Origin: a bacterium
GTDB lineage: Bacteria; UBA10199; 2-02-FULL-50-16; JAJFLM01
DNA length: 64,000 nucleotides
Assembly: GCA_965216315.1 (NCBI GenBank)
Contig: CBDCFN010000016.1
Coordinates: 224,001-288,000, forward strand
Reading direction: 5' to 3'
The stretch's first letter is position 1. Every line of letters starts with the position of its first letter. The notes below the pieces were generated by a model, which did not search any database, was not told the DNA's origin, and was given only the letters and a program-made list of their open reading frames with translations. Below are positions 10,053 to 19,295 of the stretch, in pieces. The translations under genes and the position numbers were made by a program.

Positions 10053-10962
10053 ATTGAAAAAATATCTCAAGCCGCGTCAAGAGCTCGTCAATCGCTATTT
10101 GGAAGAGCAGGTCCCGAAGGCGTCGTCGCCCGCGCCTATCCTCTATGAGGCGATGAACTACAGCCTTAGCGCCGGGGGGAAACGATTGCGTCCGATCTTG
10201 GTGCTTGCGGCGTGGGAGGCTTGCAAAGGAGATAAGGTTGCCATCAATAATGGCCTCCCTAAATATCCTGAAGCGGTCGTGGCGGCGGCTTGTGCCTTGG
10301 AAATGATTCATACCTATTCGTTAATCCATGATGACCTTCCTGCGATGGACGATGATGATTTGCGTCGCGGCGTTCCGACCAATCACAAGAAATTCGGTGA
10401 AGCGACTGCAATACTCGCTGGAGATGCATTATTGACGGAAGCGTTTGCCGCGCTTGCCACGGTGCCGACGGATGACAGTGACGTGATGTTGCGCGTAATC
10501 GGACAAATTGCACGTGCCTCCGGCGCGCAGGGAATGGCCGGGGGGCAGGTGCTGGATCTGCAGGCTGAAGGCAAGACGATTGAGCCGGAAGCATTAGAGC
10601 ATCTTCATCGGCATAAAACCGGTTGTTTGCTCCACGTCTCGTGCATCGCTGGTGGTGAATTGGCCGGTGCCAATAAAGAGCAGCGGCAAGCCCTCGATAC
10701 TTACGGGAAGAACATTGGACTGGCATTTCAAATCGCCGACGACATCCTTGATGTCGAAGGCGGGACGGAAGAGTTGGGCAAAACGGCCGGCGCCGATGCT
10801 GTCCATAATAAGAATACCTATCCCTCTCTGCTGGGCCTGGATCAGTCTAAACATCTGGCAGAGGCCCTGATTGAAACTGCCGTGTCCAGCCTAGAACCAT
10901 TAGGTGGTTCCAGTGCCGCTCTTGCGGCTATTGCGACGTATATTATTGCAAGGAAATCGTAA
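10042..10962 (+). CDS. ispA: Farnesyl/geranylgeranyl diphosphate synthase
   Basis: GGKRLRP, HTYSLIHDDLPAMDDDDLRRG, FQIADDILD; RBS-like GAGG before ATG 10042. Confidence 0.95.
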   Translation: MKIELKKYLKPRQELVNRYLEEQVPKASSPAPILYEAMNYSLSAGGKRLRPILVLAAWEACKGDKVAINNGLPKYPEAVVAAACALEMIHTYSLIHDDLPAMDDDDLRRGVPTNHKKFGEATAILAGDALLTEAFAALATVPTDDSDVMLRVIGQIARASGAQGMAGGQVLDLQAEGKTIEPEALEHLHRHKTGCLLHVSCIAGGELAGANKEQRQALDTYGKNIGLAFQIADDILDVEGGTEELGKTAGADAVHNKNTYPSLLGLDQSKHLAEALIETAVSSLEPLGGSSAALAAIATYIIARKS

Positions 10963-10964
10963 CT

Positions 10965-11390
10965 GTGGAATTTAAGCAGCACACGATTCAACTGGCGACG
11001 ACCCAGCCGATTGAGATCATCAATATAACAGATTCAGTTCAGGCCTTTGTTAAGGAAGCGGGACTGACTCATGGCCTGCTTCATGTCGGTAGTGCCCATA
11101 CCACTGTTGGACTTGCCATCAATGAAGAATGTTCTGAGTTACGTAAAGACTGGCTAGCTTTTTTGCAGCGCCTGGCTCCCGCTGGCGCTGATTACTTTCA
11201 TGACCGTGTCGCCGTTGACGGGCGCCCGAATGCCCACAGCCACTTGTTATCCACCGTGTTGCCGAGCCAGCTGACGATAGTCCTGCAGGATGGGGTACTC
11301 GCTCTCGGGACCTGGCAGTCGGTGTTTGCGATAGATCTCGATGGGCCACGACCCAATAGGAAAATTCATTTAACTGTGATGGGTGCGTAG
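10965..11390 (+). CDS. yjbQ: YjbQ/UPF0047 family protein
   Basis: HTT.GL.INE, Y.HD...NAHSHL, LGTWQ..F..DLDGPR motifs. Confidence 0.9.
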   Translation: MEFKQHTIQLATTQPIEIINITDSVQAFVKEAGLTHGLLHVGSAHTTVGLAINEECSELRKDWLAFLQRLAPAGADYFHDRVAVDGRPNAHSHLLSTVLPSQLTIVLQDGVLALGTWQSVFAIDLDGPRPNRKIHLTVMGA

Positions 11391-12600
11391 GGGCGTGTTA
11401 TCTGAACAAGACATTCCGGCTTTTTTCGCCTCCCGCTCCGATCTCAAGCTCGAAGACTACGCCATCTTTGAATACCGGTTTGAAACGGATAAAGATCCCA
11501 AGCAGGCGGCGGCTTCTTTATGTTGTGAGCAAAGCACCGCCCAGTGGCAGCGTCCCGGGGTTGATGAAGATTTTCGGCCTTTGCATGGGGCGAAGGTGTT
11601 GGAACTGACCCCTCACCCCGACCCTCTCCCTCAAGGGGAGAGGGGGCTCAAAAAGTATAAGGTCGTTATAGCTCACCCGCACCGCAACTTTGGTCCTCGC
11701 ATTCCTAATCTGTTGTCCGCAGCAGCGGGAGAGGGACCGTTTTATTGCCCCGGGATTAGCCGTATTAAGTGGACGGACCTGGAATTGCCGCGGTCTTACC
11801 TGAATGAATTCGAGGGACCCCAATTTGGTCTCAAGGGGGTTCGCGAACGCTTGGGAGTCAGTGATCGGCCGATTTTTTTCGGGGTGGTTAAACCAAATAT
11901 CGGTCTCAAGCCGGAAGATTTTGCGACGATAGCTGATGAGAGTTGGTGTGGCGGCCTTGATATCGCCAAAGACGACGAGATGTTGGCGGATACGGACTGG
12001 TCGCCGTTAATAGCACGGACGCGTCTGGCTGTCACTGCCAGTCAGCGGGCCGCGCAGGAGACCGGTCAAAAAAAGTTTTTTCTTCCCAATATTACGGATG
12101 AAGTGGATCGGATCCAAGACCTGTATCATCAAGTGACTGCAGCCGGTGCGCCAATGGTGATGATCAATGCGATCATGACCGGTATCAGTGCGCTACGAGC
12201 GTTGCGCCGCTACGCACAGGTACCCATTGTCAGCCACTTCACGGGAACATCGGTGTTCTCGCGCTTACCTCATTACGGGATGAGTTCGCTGGTGGCGACT
12301 AAACTACAGCGTTTGGCCGGCGCCGATATCATTATACTCGCGGGCTTTGGAGAACGGATGGGGTGTTCGGATGAAGAAGTCCTCGCAAATGTCGGTGCGT
12401 GCCTCCAGGAATGGGGCCCGTTGCTGCCTGTATTGCCGGTTCCGGGAGGAAGCGACAGTGCGGAGACTCTTGCCGGTGTCTATCAAAAGATCGGTCATGA
12501 AAATTTTGGATTCATTTGTGGTCGCGGTGTCTTTGGCCATTCCGATGGTCCCAAAGCAGGAGCGCAGAGTCTTCATGATGCCTGGGAACAGATTCGGTGA
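11383..12600 (+). CDS. RuBisCO-like protein (form IV, resembling the IV-Photo clade)
   Basis: GVVKPNIGL, GGLDIAKDDEMLAD (carbamylation KDDE motif), CCEQSTAQW, PVPGGSDSA, GRGVFGH..GPKAGA. From memory these closely resemble the Chlorobium RLP. No small subunit nearby. Confidence 0.9.
   Translation: MRRGVLSEQDIPAFFASRSDLKLEDYAIFEYRFETDKDPKQAAASLCCEQSTAQWQRPGVDEDFRPLHGAKVLELTPHPDPLPQGERGLKKYKVVIAHPHRNFGPRIPNLLSAAAGEGPFYCPGISRIKWTDLELPRSYLNEFEGPQFGLKGVRERLGVSDRPIFFGVVKPNIGLKPEDFATIADESWCGGLDIAKDDEMLADTDWSPLIARTRLAVTASQRAAQETGQKKFFLPNITDEVDRIQDLYHQVTAAGAPMVMINAIMTGISALRALRRYAQVPIVSHFTGTSVFSRLPHYGMSSLVATKLQRLAGADIIILAGFGERMGCSDEEVLANVGACLQEWGPLLPVLPVPGGSDSAETLAGVYQKIGHENFGFICGRGVFGHSDGPKAGAQSLHDAWEQIR
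11609..11646 (+). repeat. REP-like palindromic element inside the RLP coding sequence
   Basis: CCCCTCACCCCGACCCTCTCCCTCAAGGGGAGAGGGGG; stem CCCTCTCCC/GGGAGAGGG; translated in frame as PHPDPLPQGERG. Confidence 0.75.
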
Positions 12601-13346
12601 AAACCCGTCTCGACGTTTGGTTAAGCGAACACGATTTGGCTCCTTCTCGACAGCGTGCGCAAGCTCTCATCATGGCCGGCGTCGTCTTTGTTAATGATGA
12701 GTTAGCCAAGAGTGCCGCCCAGCCGGTTAAAGAGGGTGATCGTGTGGTCGTCCGGCAAAAAGATCATCCGTATGTCAGTCGTGGCGGTTTGAAGTTGGCT
12801 CATGCGCTTGAGGTGTTCAACGTCCCCGTACAGAACAAGGTCGCTGTCGATGTTGGAGCGTCAACGGGTGGCTTTACGGACTGTCTGCTTCAAGCAGGGG
12901 CCCGCAAGATTTATGCTGTCGATGTCGGTTATGGTCAACTGGATTGGAAATTGCGGCAGGATCAGCGTGTCGTTAGCATTGAGCGGTGTAATGCGCGTTA
13001 TTGGGATGCCGCTGAAGTTGAAGAGACAGTAGCTATCCTGACGATGGATATATCCTTTATTTCAATCCAGAAAGTCCTGCCGTCCGTCTTGTCTGCGCTG
13101 GCTGGAAAAATGGAACAACCTTTTTTTCTTATTCTGTTGATTAAGCCTCAGTTTGAGGCGGGTCGGGAAGAAGTTGGTCCCGGCGGTGTTGTTCGAGATA
13201 ATGCAGTCCAACAGCAAGTCGTGACGAAGATACGCCGTTTCGTTGCTGAGTTGGGTTTTGAGTGTGTGGGTGTGGAAGCCGCTCCTATCAAGGGCCCGAA
13301 GGGTAATCAAGAGTATCTTTTGGTCGCTAAGTCGTTTGACGTTTGA
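12597..13346 (+). CDS. tlyA: TlyA family rRNA 2'-O-methyltransferase
   Basis: S4 domain RLDVWL, YVSRGGLKL, DVGASTGGFTD, LIKPQFE, GPKGNQEYL. Confidence 0.95.
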   Translation: MKTRLDVWLSEHDLAPSRQRAQALIMAGVVFVNDELAKSAAQPVKEGDRVVVRQKDHPYVSRGGLKLAHALEVFNVPVQNKVAVDVGASTGGFTDCLLQAGARKIYAVDVGYGQLDWKLRQDQRVVSIERCNARYWDAAEVEETVAILTMDISFISIQKVLPSVLSALAGKMEQPFFLILLIKPQFEAGREEVGPGGVVRDNAVQQQVVTKIRRFVAELGFECVGVEAAPIKGPKGNQEYLLVAKSFDV

Positions 13347-13376
13347 TGGAACTAAAGCTAAGTTGTTGATATAACT

Positions 13377-14990
13377 ATGAAGTTCTTACAAGTTTTCATT
13401 GTCGCGTTGGTTGTGGCCGGACTGTTCGGCTCCTGTGCGCCGCGTGCGAAGCGTGCTCCGCTTATTGATACCGATGAGCATAGAGGGCTACGTTCTTATT
13501 TACTCAGCAAAATCGAGGCTTATCATGGTGAGCCGGAAGAGGCGATGAAATCGCTTAAAGAAGCACTAAAAGACGATCCGGATAATCCGCATATCGAAAC
13601 GCAAATTGCTGCGCTTGAAGCGGATCAAGGGCGCATTGCGCAGGCGCTGAAACGCGTCGATGATATTCTAATGCGCTATCCAAAGCATATTCCCGCCCTA
13701 CAATTAGCTGGTAAGATCGCCGGGACTCAAGGCCGCTTGGATGATGCCATTGCCTATTTCCGTAGAATTTTGCTGATTAAGTCATCGCTTTCTAGAATCC
13801 GTTTAAGCATTGCGGAGATTTATATTGCGCGCAAACAGTACCCGCAAGCCATTGCAGAGTTGCGGACTATTCAGCGAATCGAACCGGATTTTTTAGGGGC
13901 CTATTTCTTGGAAGGACTCATTTATACGGTTCACCTCAAAGACTATCCAAGAGCAATTATCGCCTACCGAAAGCTTCTTGAATACGAGCCGGCGAATATC
14001 CAGGTGCTGACAACGTTGGCTGAATTATATTTAAAGCTTAAGCAAAACCGGAAGGCTATTGGCGCATTAAGGCGTATTCACAAAATTGCTCCCTCCAATA
14101 TAGCCATCCCACTTAAGATTGCGTTGATACACTATCAGGCCAAACGCTATCAGGAAGCCGCGGATGAGTTCGTTTCGATTCAAGCGGAACACCCCGAAAT
14201 GGATAAGATCACGTACTATCTGGGAGTCATTTACGAAAATATTAAGAAGTATGATCAAGCTATTCTTGAGTTTGCCAAGATAGAGGAAGAATCAAAATAT
14301 TTCCGGGACGCAAGACTTCATCAAGCATTGATTTATGAGAAGCAAGAACGCCGCGATGAAGCGATTCAACTTCTTTGGGACACTATCGATGAAATGCCGC
14401 GTGAATCGGCGCTCTACGAATATCTTGTTGAGCTTTACCGTCAAGATCAAAATTGGGAAGGCGCTGTGGAGGCGCTCAAGAAAGCCATAGCCAAGACGGA
14501 TAATAAGGAGAAGTTCTATTATTCATTAGGCATGCTGTATGACCAGATGGGTTCGTTTGAGGACTCAATAGATGCGATGGAGGAAGTTCTCAAAATAAAT
14601 CCGGACAATGCCAATGCCCTCAATTTTATAGGCTATTTGTTTGCCGAGCAGGGGATTAAATTAAAGGAGGCAGAAGAAAAAGTCAGTAGGGCGCTGCAGC
14701 TAAAGCCGGATGATGGTTACATCACTGATAGTTTGGGTTGGGTCTATTTCAAGCAAGGAGAATTGAAAAAAGCAGCTGAGTACGTGCAACGCGCCTTGAA
14801 ATTGACGAAGAGAAAAGAGCCGACGATTATCGAGCACCTTGGGGATATTTATAAAGCGCAAGGACGTATCAAGGCTGCGCGACGGATGTATCAGCAGGCC
14901 TTACAACGACGTCATGCATCTCCTGATTTACTAGACAATAAAGAAGTTATACCGAGGCTTCGTGATAAGGTTAAAGAGACACTTCATTAG
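13377..14990 (+). CDS. TPR-repeat lipoprotein
   Basis: Lipobox-like FGSC; many TPRs; ALNFIGYLFAEQG...DGYITDSLGWVYFKQG...EHLGD C-terminal signature. Confidence 0.85.
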   Translation: MKFLQVFIVALVVAGLFGSCAPRAKRAPLIDTDEHRGLRSYLLSKIEAYHGEPEEAMKSLKEALKDDPDNPHIETQIAALEADQGRIAQALKRVDDILMRYPKHIPALQLAGKIAGTQGRLDDAIAYFRRILLIKSSLSRIRLSIAEIYIARKQYPQAIAELRTIQRIEPDFLGAYFLEGLIYTVHLKDYPRAIIAYRKLLEYEPANIQVLTTLAELYLKLKQNRKAIGALRRIHKIAPSNIAIPLKIALIHYQAKRYQEAADEFVSIQAEHPEMDKITYYLGVIYENIKKYDQAILEFAKIEEESKYFRDARLHQALIYEKQERRDEAIQLLWDTIDEMPRESALYEYLVELYRQDQNWEGAVEALKKAIAKTDNKEKFYYSLGMLYDQMGSFEDSIDAMEEVLKINPDNANALNFIGYLFAEQGIKLKEAEEKVSRALQLKPDDGYITDSLGWVYFKQGELKKAAEYVQRALKLTKRKEPTIIEHLGDIYKAQGRIKAARRMYQQALQRRHASPDLLDNKEVIPRLRDKVKETLH

Positions 14991-15711
14991 CAGCCTAATT
15001 ATATTAGGGTTGTGTAGTTGTGCGGGTCTTCGCATGATCGAACGTCCCCAGGCGACTTCGTCTGCCGTGCGGCAAGGGGCGCAGTGGTATGAAGTGTTGT
15101 GGCAGCGTGATCAGGCCATTCAAACTCTTAGGGCGTCGGCACGAGTCCGTGTGAGTAGTGGGATTTTCTCCAGAGCGGTGGAGCAGGCGTTGATCGTTAA
15201 AAGGCCTAAGAATATGCGGCTTGATAGCTATACGGTCTTGGGGAATTTAATTCATCAATTAGTGCTTCGTAACGGTTCTTTATGGGTTTATGATGCAACG
15301 CGCGAACGCTTCGATAAAGATCGTGATGCGGAGCGACTACTGGAGGAAAACCTGGGTCTCGGCTTATCTATTGATGATATGGTCAGTATTTTAGTGGGGA
15401 GCGTTCCGTTGGAAGAGAGGACTGATTACCTCGCCGTTACAAAAAAACAGGGGGATGTGCTGCGAGGACTTAATTCGCAGGTTCTTATCGATCCTCAGAC
15501 GCAGCTGCCGCAGCGTTTTTCCGGCTATACGCGCCACAATGAGCTCTATGAGGTTCGCTATAGTCATTACCGGGAGGTGGCAGGGATCTCCTTCCCTCAT
15601 CGCATTGCGGTGGCGCTCCATGAGCCGCGAATTTCGCTTGAAATAAGCTTTAAAGATGTTGATATCAATATTCCTGTATCGGACGAAAAGTTTGCACATG
15701 AAGTTCATTAA
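14962..15711 (+). CDS. LolB-like/DUF4292-like lipoprotein
   Basis: Lipobox LCSC; RP..MRLD, LWVYD, Y..Y......FP..I pattern of LolA/LolB-fold proteins; follows the TPR gene. Confidence 0.55.
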   Translation: MIRLKRHFISSLIILGLCSCAGLRMIERPQATSSAVRQGAQWYEVLWQRDQAIQTLRASARVRVSSGIFSRAVEQALIVKRPKNMRLDSYTVLGNLIHQLVLRNGSLWVYDATRERFDKDRDAERLLEENLGLGLSIDDMVSILVGSVPLEERTDYLAVTKKQGDVLRGLNSQVLIDPQTQLPQRFSGYTRHNELYEVRYSHYREVAGISFPHRIAVALHEPRISLEISFKDVDINIPVSDEKFAHEVH

Positions 15712-17278
15712 ATTGATTGCCATCTTTTTTCTTACGAGCGGGATATTTTCGTCGGCCTGCAACTTTCAGGTTCCGACCGATCCAAAAGTGCTCGTATGGC
15801 ATTTGTCGGCCGAACCGGACACGCTTAATCCGATTACAGCAACCGACGTCTATGCCTCGCGCATTAATACTTTTCTATTTGATAGTCTTATCGAACGAAA
15901 CAATGAGACTTTAGCCTTTGAGCCGAAGCTTGCCGAGCGCTGGGAAATATCCGCCGACAAACTCGATTTTACTTTTTATCTGCGCAAGGGGATCAAATGG
16001 CACGATGGAACGCCGGTCACAGTTGAGGATATCAAGTATTCGTTCGACCGCATTATGGATCCTAAGGTCGATGCGCCTCATATGAGGGTTTATTATCAAG
16101 AGATCGAAAGTGTGACCAAAGTGGCTCCGGGTGTCGTGCGTTTCCGGTATAAGCGACCGTATTTTATGGCCCTTAACTTCTGTGGCGGCATCCCAATCTT
16201 GCCAAGCCATCTTTTTTCAAAAGATGAAAATTTCAACCAGAGTCCTCTAGGGCGCGACCCCGTTGGGAATGGGCCGTATCGCTTTGTGCACTGGAAGACA
16301 GGTCGTTCGATTCGCATTGAACGCAACCCTGATTATTGGGGGCCGAAGCCGGAGATAAGCAATATTGAATTTCGCATTGTCGGTGAAGATACCGTTTCTC
16401 TGCAGATGCTTAAGAAAGGACAGCTGGACCTTGCCGGAATGCGCCCTATCCAGTGGGTCATGCAAACCAATTCGAAGAAATTTGCGCGAAAGTTTGAGAA
16501 GTACAAATACTATACACCGGGGTATACGTTTATTGCGTGGAATATGCGGCGGCCTTATTTTAAGGATGCCCGGGTTCGCCGTGCTCTCACACAGCTGATT
16601 AACCGCAAAGCGATTTTGGAGAAGCTCAGTTTCGGTTTGGGCAAAGTTGTGACTGGTCCGTTTTATACGGAAGGCATTGATTACGACAAGACAGTCAAGC
16701 CTCTCGCCTATGAACCGGAACAATCTTATAAGTTGTTAAGTGAGGCCGGCTGGGAGGATAAGGATAATGATGGTGTGCGCGAAAAAGATGGCGTGCCTTT
16801 CGCATTTGAGTTTTTAATCCCTTCAGGTCGACGTTTTACGGAACAATTATCGACAATTGTTAAAGAGGACTTTAGGAAGGCCGGCATTGATGTCACGATT
16901 CATAAGTTGGAGTGGGCTTTGTTTACACAGAAATTAAATGATCGTAGCTTTGATGCCGTCACTCTAGGCTGGTCTTTTGGTTATGAGCAAGATCCCTATC
17001 AGGTCTGGCATAGCTCGCAGGCCGAACGCGGTTCTAATTTTGTAGGTTTCGAAGATAAAGAGGCTGATGAGTGGATTGAAAAAGGTCGAGTGACTTTTGA
17101 TCGGGAGGTACGGGCAGGGCTTTATCATAAATTGCATCGAAAGATTCACGAGTTGCAGCCTTATACTTTTCTTTTTGCGTCACCGTCGCTCGTGGCGCTT
17201 AATCGACGGTTTCAAAATGTAAAAGTCTATCCGATTGGCCTTGATCCGCTTGAGTGGACATTGAAGGAGGAAATGTGA
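15698..17278 (+). CDS. oppA: Oligopeptide ABC transporter substrate-binding lipoprotein (family 5)
   Basis: Lipobox SSAC; EPDTLNP, PKLAERWEIS.D...FTFYLRKGIKWHDGTP, PVGNGPY. Confidence 0.92.
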   Translation: MKFIKLIAIFFLTSGIFSSACNFQVPTDPKVLVWHLSAEPDTLNPITATDVYASRINTFLFDSLIERNNETLAFEPKLAERWEISADKLDFTFYLRKGIKWHDGTPVTVEDIKYSFDRIMDPKVDAPHMRVYYQEIESVTKVAPGVVRFRYKRPYFMALNFCGGIPILPSHLFSKDENFNQSPLGRDPVGNGPYRFVHWKTGRSIRIERNPDYWGPKPEISNIEFRIVGEDTVSLQMLKKGQLDLAGMRPIQWVMQTNSKKFARKFEKYKYYTPGYTFIAWNMRRPYFKDARVRRALTQLINRKAILEKLSFGLGKVVTGPFYTEGIDYDKTVKPLAYEPEQSYKLLSEAGWEDKDNDGVREKDGVPFAFEFLIPSGRRFTEQLSTIVKEDFRKAGIDVTIHKLEWALFTQKLNDRSFDAVTLGWSFGYEQDPYQVWHSSQAERGSNFVGFEDKEADEWIEKGRVTFDREVRAGLYHKLHRKIHELQPYTFLFASPSLVALNRRFQNVKVYPIGLDPLEWTLKEEM

Positions 17279-18285
17279 CCGCCTATATCTTTCGGCGCAT
17301 TGCCTTGCTGGTGCCTACATTCATTGGGATTACGCTGATCACTTTCATGATTATTCAATTGGCTCCGGGTTCGCCCGTTTCGCTTAAGCTAATGGGCCCC
17401 GGTGGAGCGGGTCTTAAGGCGGAAAATGTTTCTAAAGAGGTTATTGAGCAAACCAAAAAACTCTATGGGCTCGATAAACCGATGCACGTACAGTATCTTC
17501 AGTGGGTTGGGCGCCTGGTGAAGCTGGATTTTGGAACGTCGTTTAAAGACCACCGCCCGGTGCTCGAAAAGCTGAAAGAGGCGGTACCGATTACCTTATT
17601 GCTCAACGTACTGTCTATCCTGCTGATCTATCTGATCGCGTTTCCACTTGGCATTTATTCGGCGATACGGCCGCGGAGCTGGTTTGATAAGGCGATGACC
17701 TTGGGATTGTTTGTTCTTTATTCCTTGCCGAATTTTTGGGTGGCCATGATTCTGATCCGCTATTTATCTGGGGGAGAATTTTTAGATATTTTTCCGATCA
17801 GTGGAATTATTTCCGATGGAGCTGAAACATTATCCTGGTGGGGTTATTTAGGGAATTTTGCCTGGCATTTATTTTTGCCTGTGACGGTTCTCACCTACGG
17901 TGGACTTGCTTTTTTGTCGCGCTTTTCGCGCGCTCAAATGTTGGAGGTGATTCGTCAGGATTATATCAGGACGGCGCGGGCCAAGGGGCTTTCTGAACGG
18001 GTTGTTATCCTGAAGCACGCGCTCCGCAATGCCCTGATCCCTTTGTTAACGCTGATGAGTACGCTATTGCCGGCCTTGATTGGCGGGAGTGTTATTGTTG
18101 AGCAAATTTTTGGAATCCCCGGGATGGGAAAGCTTGGCTTTGAAGCGGTTCTTTCGCGCGACTATCCGACTGTCATGGCAATCGCGAGTATCAGCGCGTT
18201 CTTGACCCTTATCAGTATCCTCATTACCGATCTCTTATATGTTGTCGTCGACCCTCGAATAAGTTTTGGAAAAGGAACGCAGTAA
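17275..18285 (+). CDS. oppB: Oligopeptide ABC transporter permease
   Basis: YIFRR, LDFGTSF, EAA-loop DYIRTARAKGL, DPRI; GTG start behind AAGGAGG. Confidence 0.93.
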   Translation: MTAYIFRRIALLVPTFIGITLITFMIIQLAPGSPVSLKLMGPGGAGLKAENVSKEVIEQTKKLYGLDKPMHVQYLQWVGRLVKLDFGTSFKDHRPVLEKLKEAVPITLLLNVLSILLIYLIAFPLGIYSAIRPRSWFDKAMTLGLFVLYSLPNFWVAMILIRYLSGGEFLDIFPISGIISDGAETLSWWGYLGNFAWHLFLPVTVLTYGGLAFLSRFSRAQMLEVIRQDYIRTARAKGLSERVVILKHALRNALIPLLTLMSTLLPALIGGSVIVEQIFGIPGMGKLGFEAVLSRDYPTVMAIASISAFLTLISILITDLLYVVVDPRISFGKGTQ

Positions 18286-18429
18286 ATGTGGAATCAAGTG
18301 ACATACTCGAGGGCGAGACGAGACGAATTTACTTCGTTGAGTCGAGTACGGGGGGTCGGGGGTGTTGGGCGTAGCACACACCCCCGTTATGATGCCCCTC
18401 GAATTAGCTTTGGAAAGGGGACGCAATAA
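18286..18429 (+). other. 47-aa mini-ORF built from a palindromic insert plus a duplicate of the oppB 3' end
   Basis: ATG directly after the oppB TAA, same frame: MWNQVTYSRARRDEFTSLSRVRGVGGVGRSTHPRYDAPRISFGKGTQ*. Its stop overlaps the oppC ATG (TAATG). Translation is not demonstrated. Confidence 0.55.
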
Positions 18430-19295
18430 TGCGTGCGCGGTCGTATTGGTCCATCGTCTGGCGTCGTTACAAGAAAGATCGCATGGCTGTCTTGGGTCTC
18501 GTCTTTGTTGGTTTGATTTTCGCGGTGGCTCTCACGGCCCCCTGGATTTCGCCGCAGGATCCCAGTGCGTATGATTTGTCGGCTGTCTTGCAGGCACCAA
18601 GCTGGGACCATTGGTTGGGAACGGATGATCAAGGCCGTGATGTGGCAAGCCGGTTGATTCATGGGTGCCGCATTTCCATTTCCGTTGGATTTGTTGCGGT
18701 CAGTATTTATGTGTTGATGGGGATCATTATTGGCGGCATTGCCGGTTTTTTTGGCGGAAAAATGGATATGGTCATCAGCCGTTTTATCGAGGTGATCATC
18801 TGTTTTCCGGTCTTTTTTCTAATTCTCACGGTACTCGCATTTATCGGCCCATCAATATATAACATCATGATCGTCATCGGCCTGACCAGTTGGACCGGGA
18901 TTGCCCGGCTCGTGAGAGGAGAATTTTTAAAAAACCGTTCGCAAGATTATGTTCAAGCCGCGCGTGTGATGGGCGGTGGGTCTTCTCGTATTATGTTTCG
19001 ACATATTCTGCCGAATAGTCTCGCCCCCGTCCTCGTGAGTGCCACCTTTGGAGTGGCCGGTGCTATTCTACTTGAATCCGGGCTTTCATTTCTGGGTTTC
19101 GGTGTTCAGCCACCCACGCCAAGTTGGGGGGACTTACTCTCTCAGTCACGGAGTTATATCGATATCGCTTGGTGGTTGACCTTTTTCCCGGGAATGGCGA
19201 TCTTCATGACTATTACCGCATTTAACCTGGTTGGTGAAGGTTTGCGTGATGCGATTGATCCGCGTGCGCACAATGAAAGGATGGCTGAGTTTTAA
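18429..19295 (+). CDS. oppC: Oligopeptide ABC transporter permease
   Basis: HWLGTDDQGRDV, DYVQAARVMG, RHILPN, GEGLRDAIDPR. Confidence 0.93.
   Translation: MRARSYWSIVWRRYKKDRMAVLGLVFVGLIFAVALTAPWISPQDPSAYDLSAVLQAPSWDHWLGTDDQGRDVASRLIHGCRISISVGFVAVSIYVLMGIIIGGIAGFFGGKMDMVISRFIEVIICFPVFFLILTVLAFIGPSIYNIMIVIGLTSWTGIARLVRGEFLKNRSQDYVQAARVMGGGSSRIMFRHILPNSLAPVLVSATFGVAGAILLESGLSFLGFGVQPPTPSWGDLLSQSRSYIDIAWWLTFFPGMAIFMTITAFNLVGEGLRDAIDPRAHNERMAEF

Noticed and set aside
11383..12600. Carbon-fixing RuBisCO
   Set aside because: Motifs match form IV RLPs (KPNIGL, KDDEMLAD, PVPGGS); no rbcS, prk or other Calvin-cycle genes nearby.
18253..18429. Diversity-generating retroelement TR/VR pair
   Set aside because: The repeat is only about 33 bp, differences are synonymous and not adenine-specific, and there is no reverse transcriptase.
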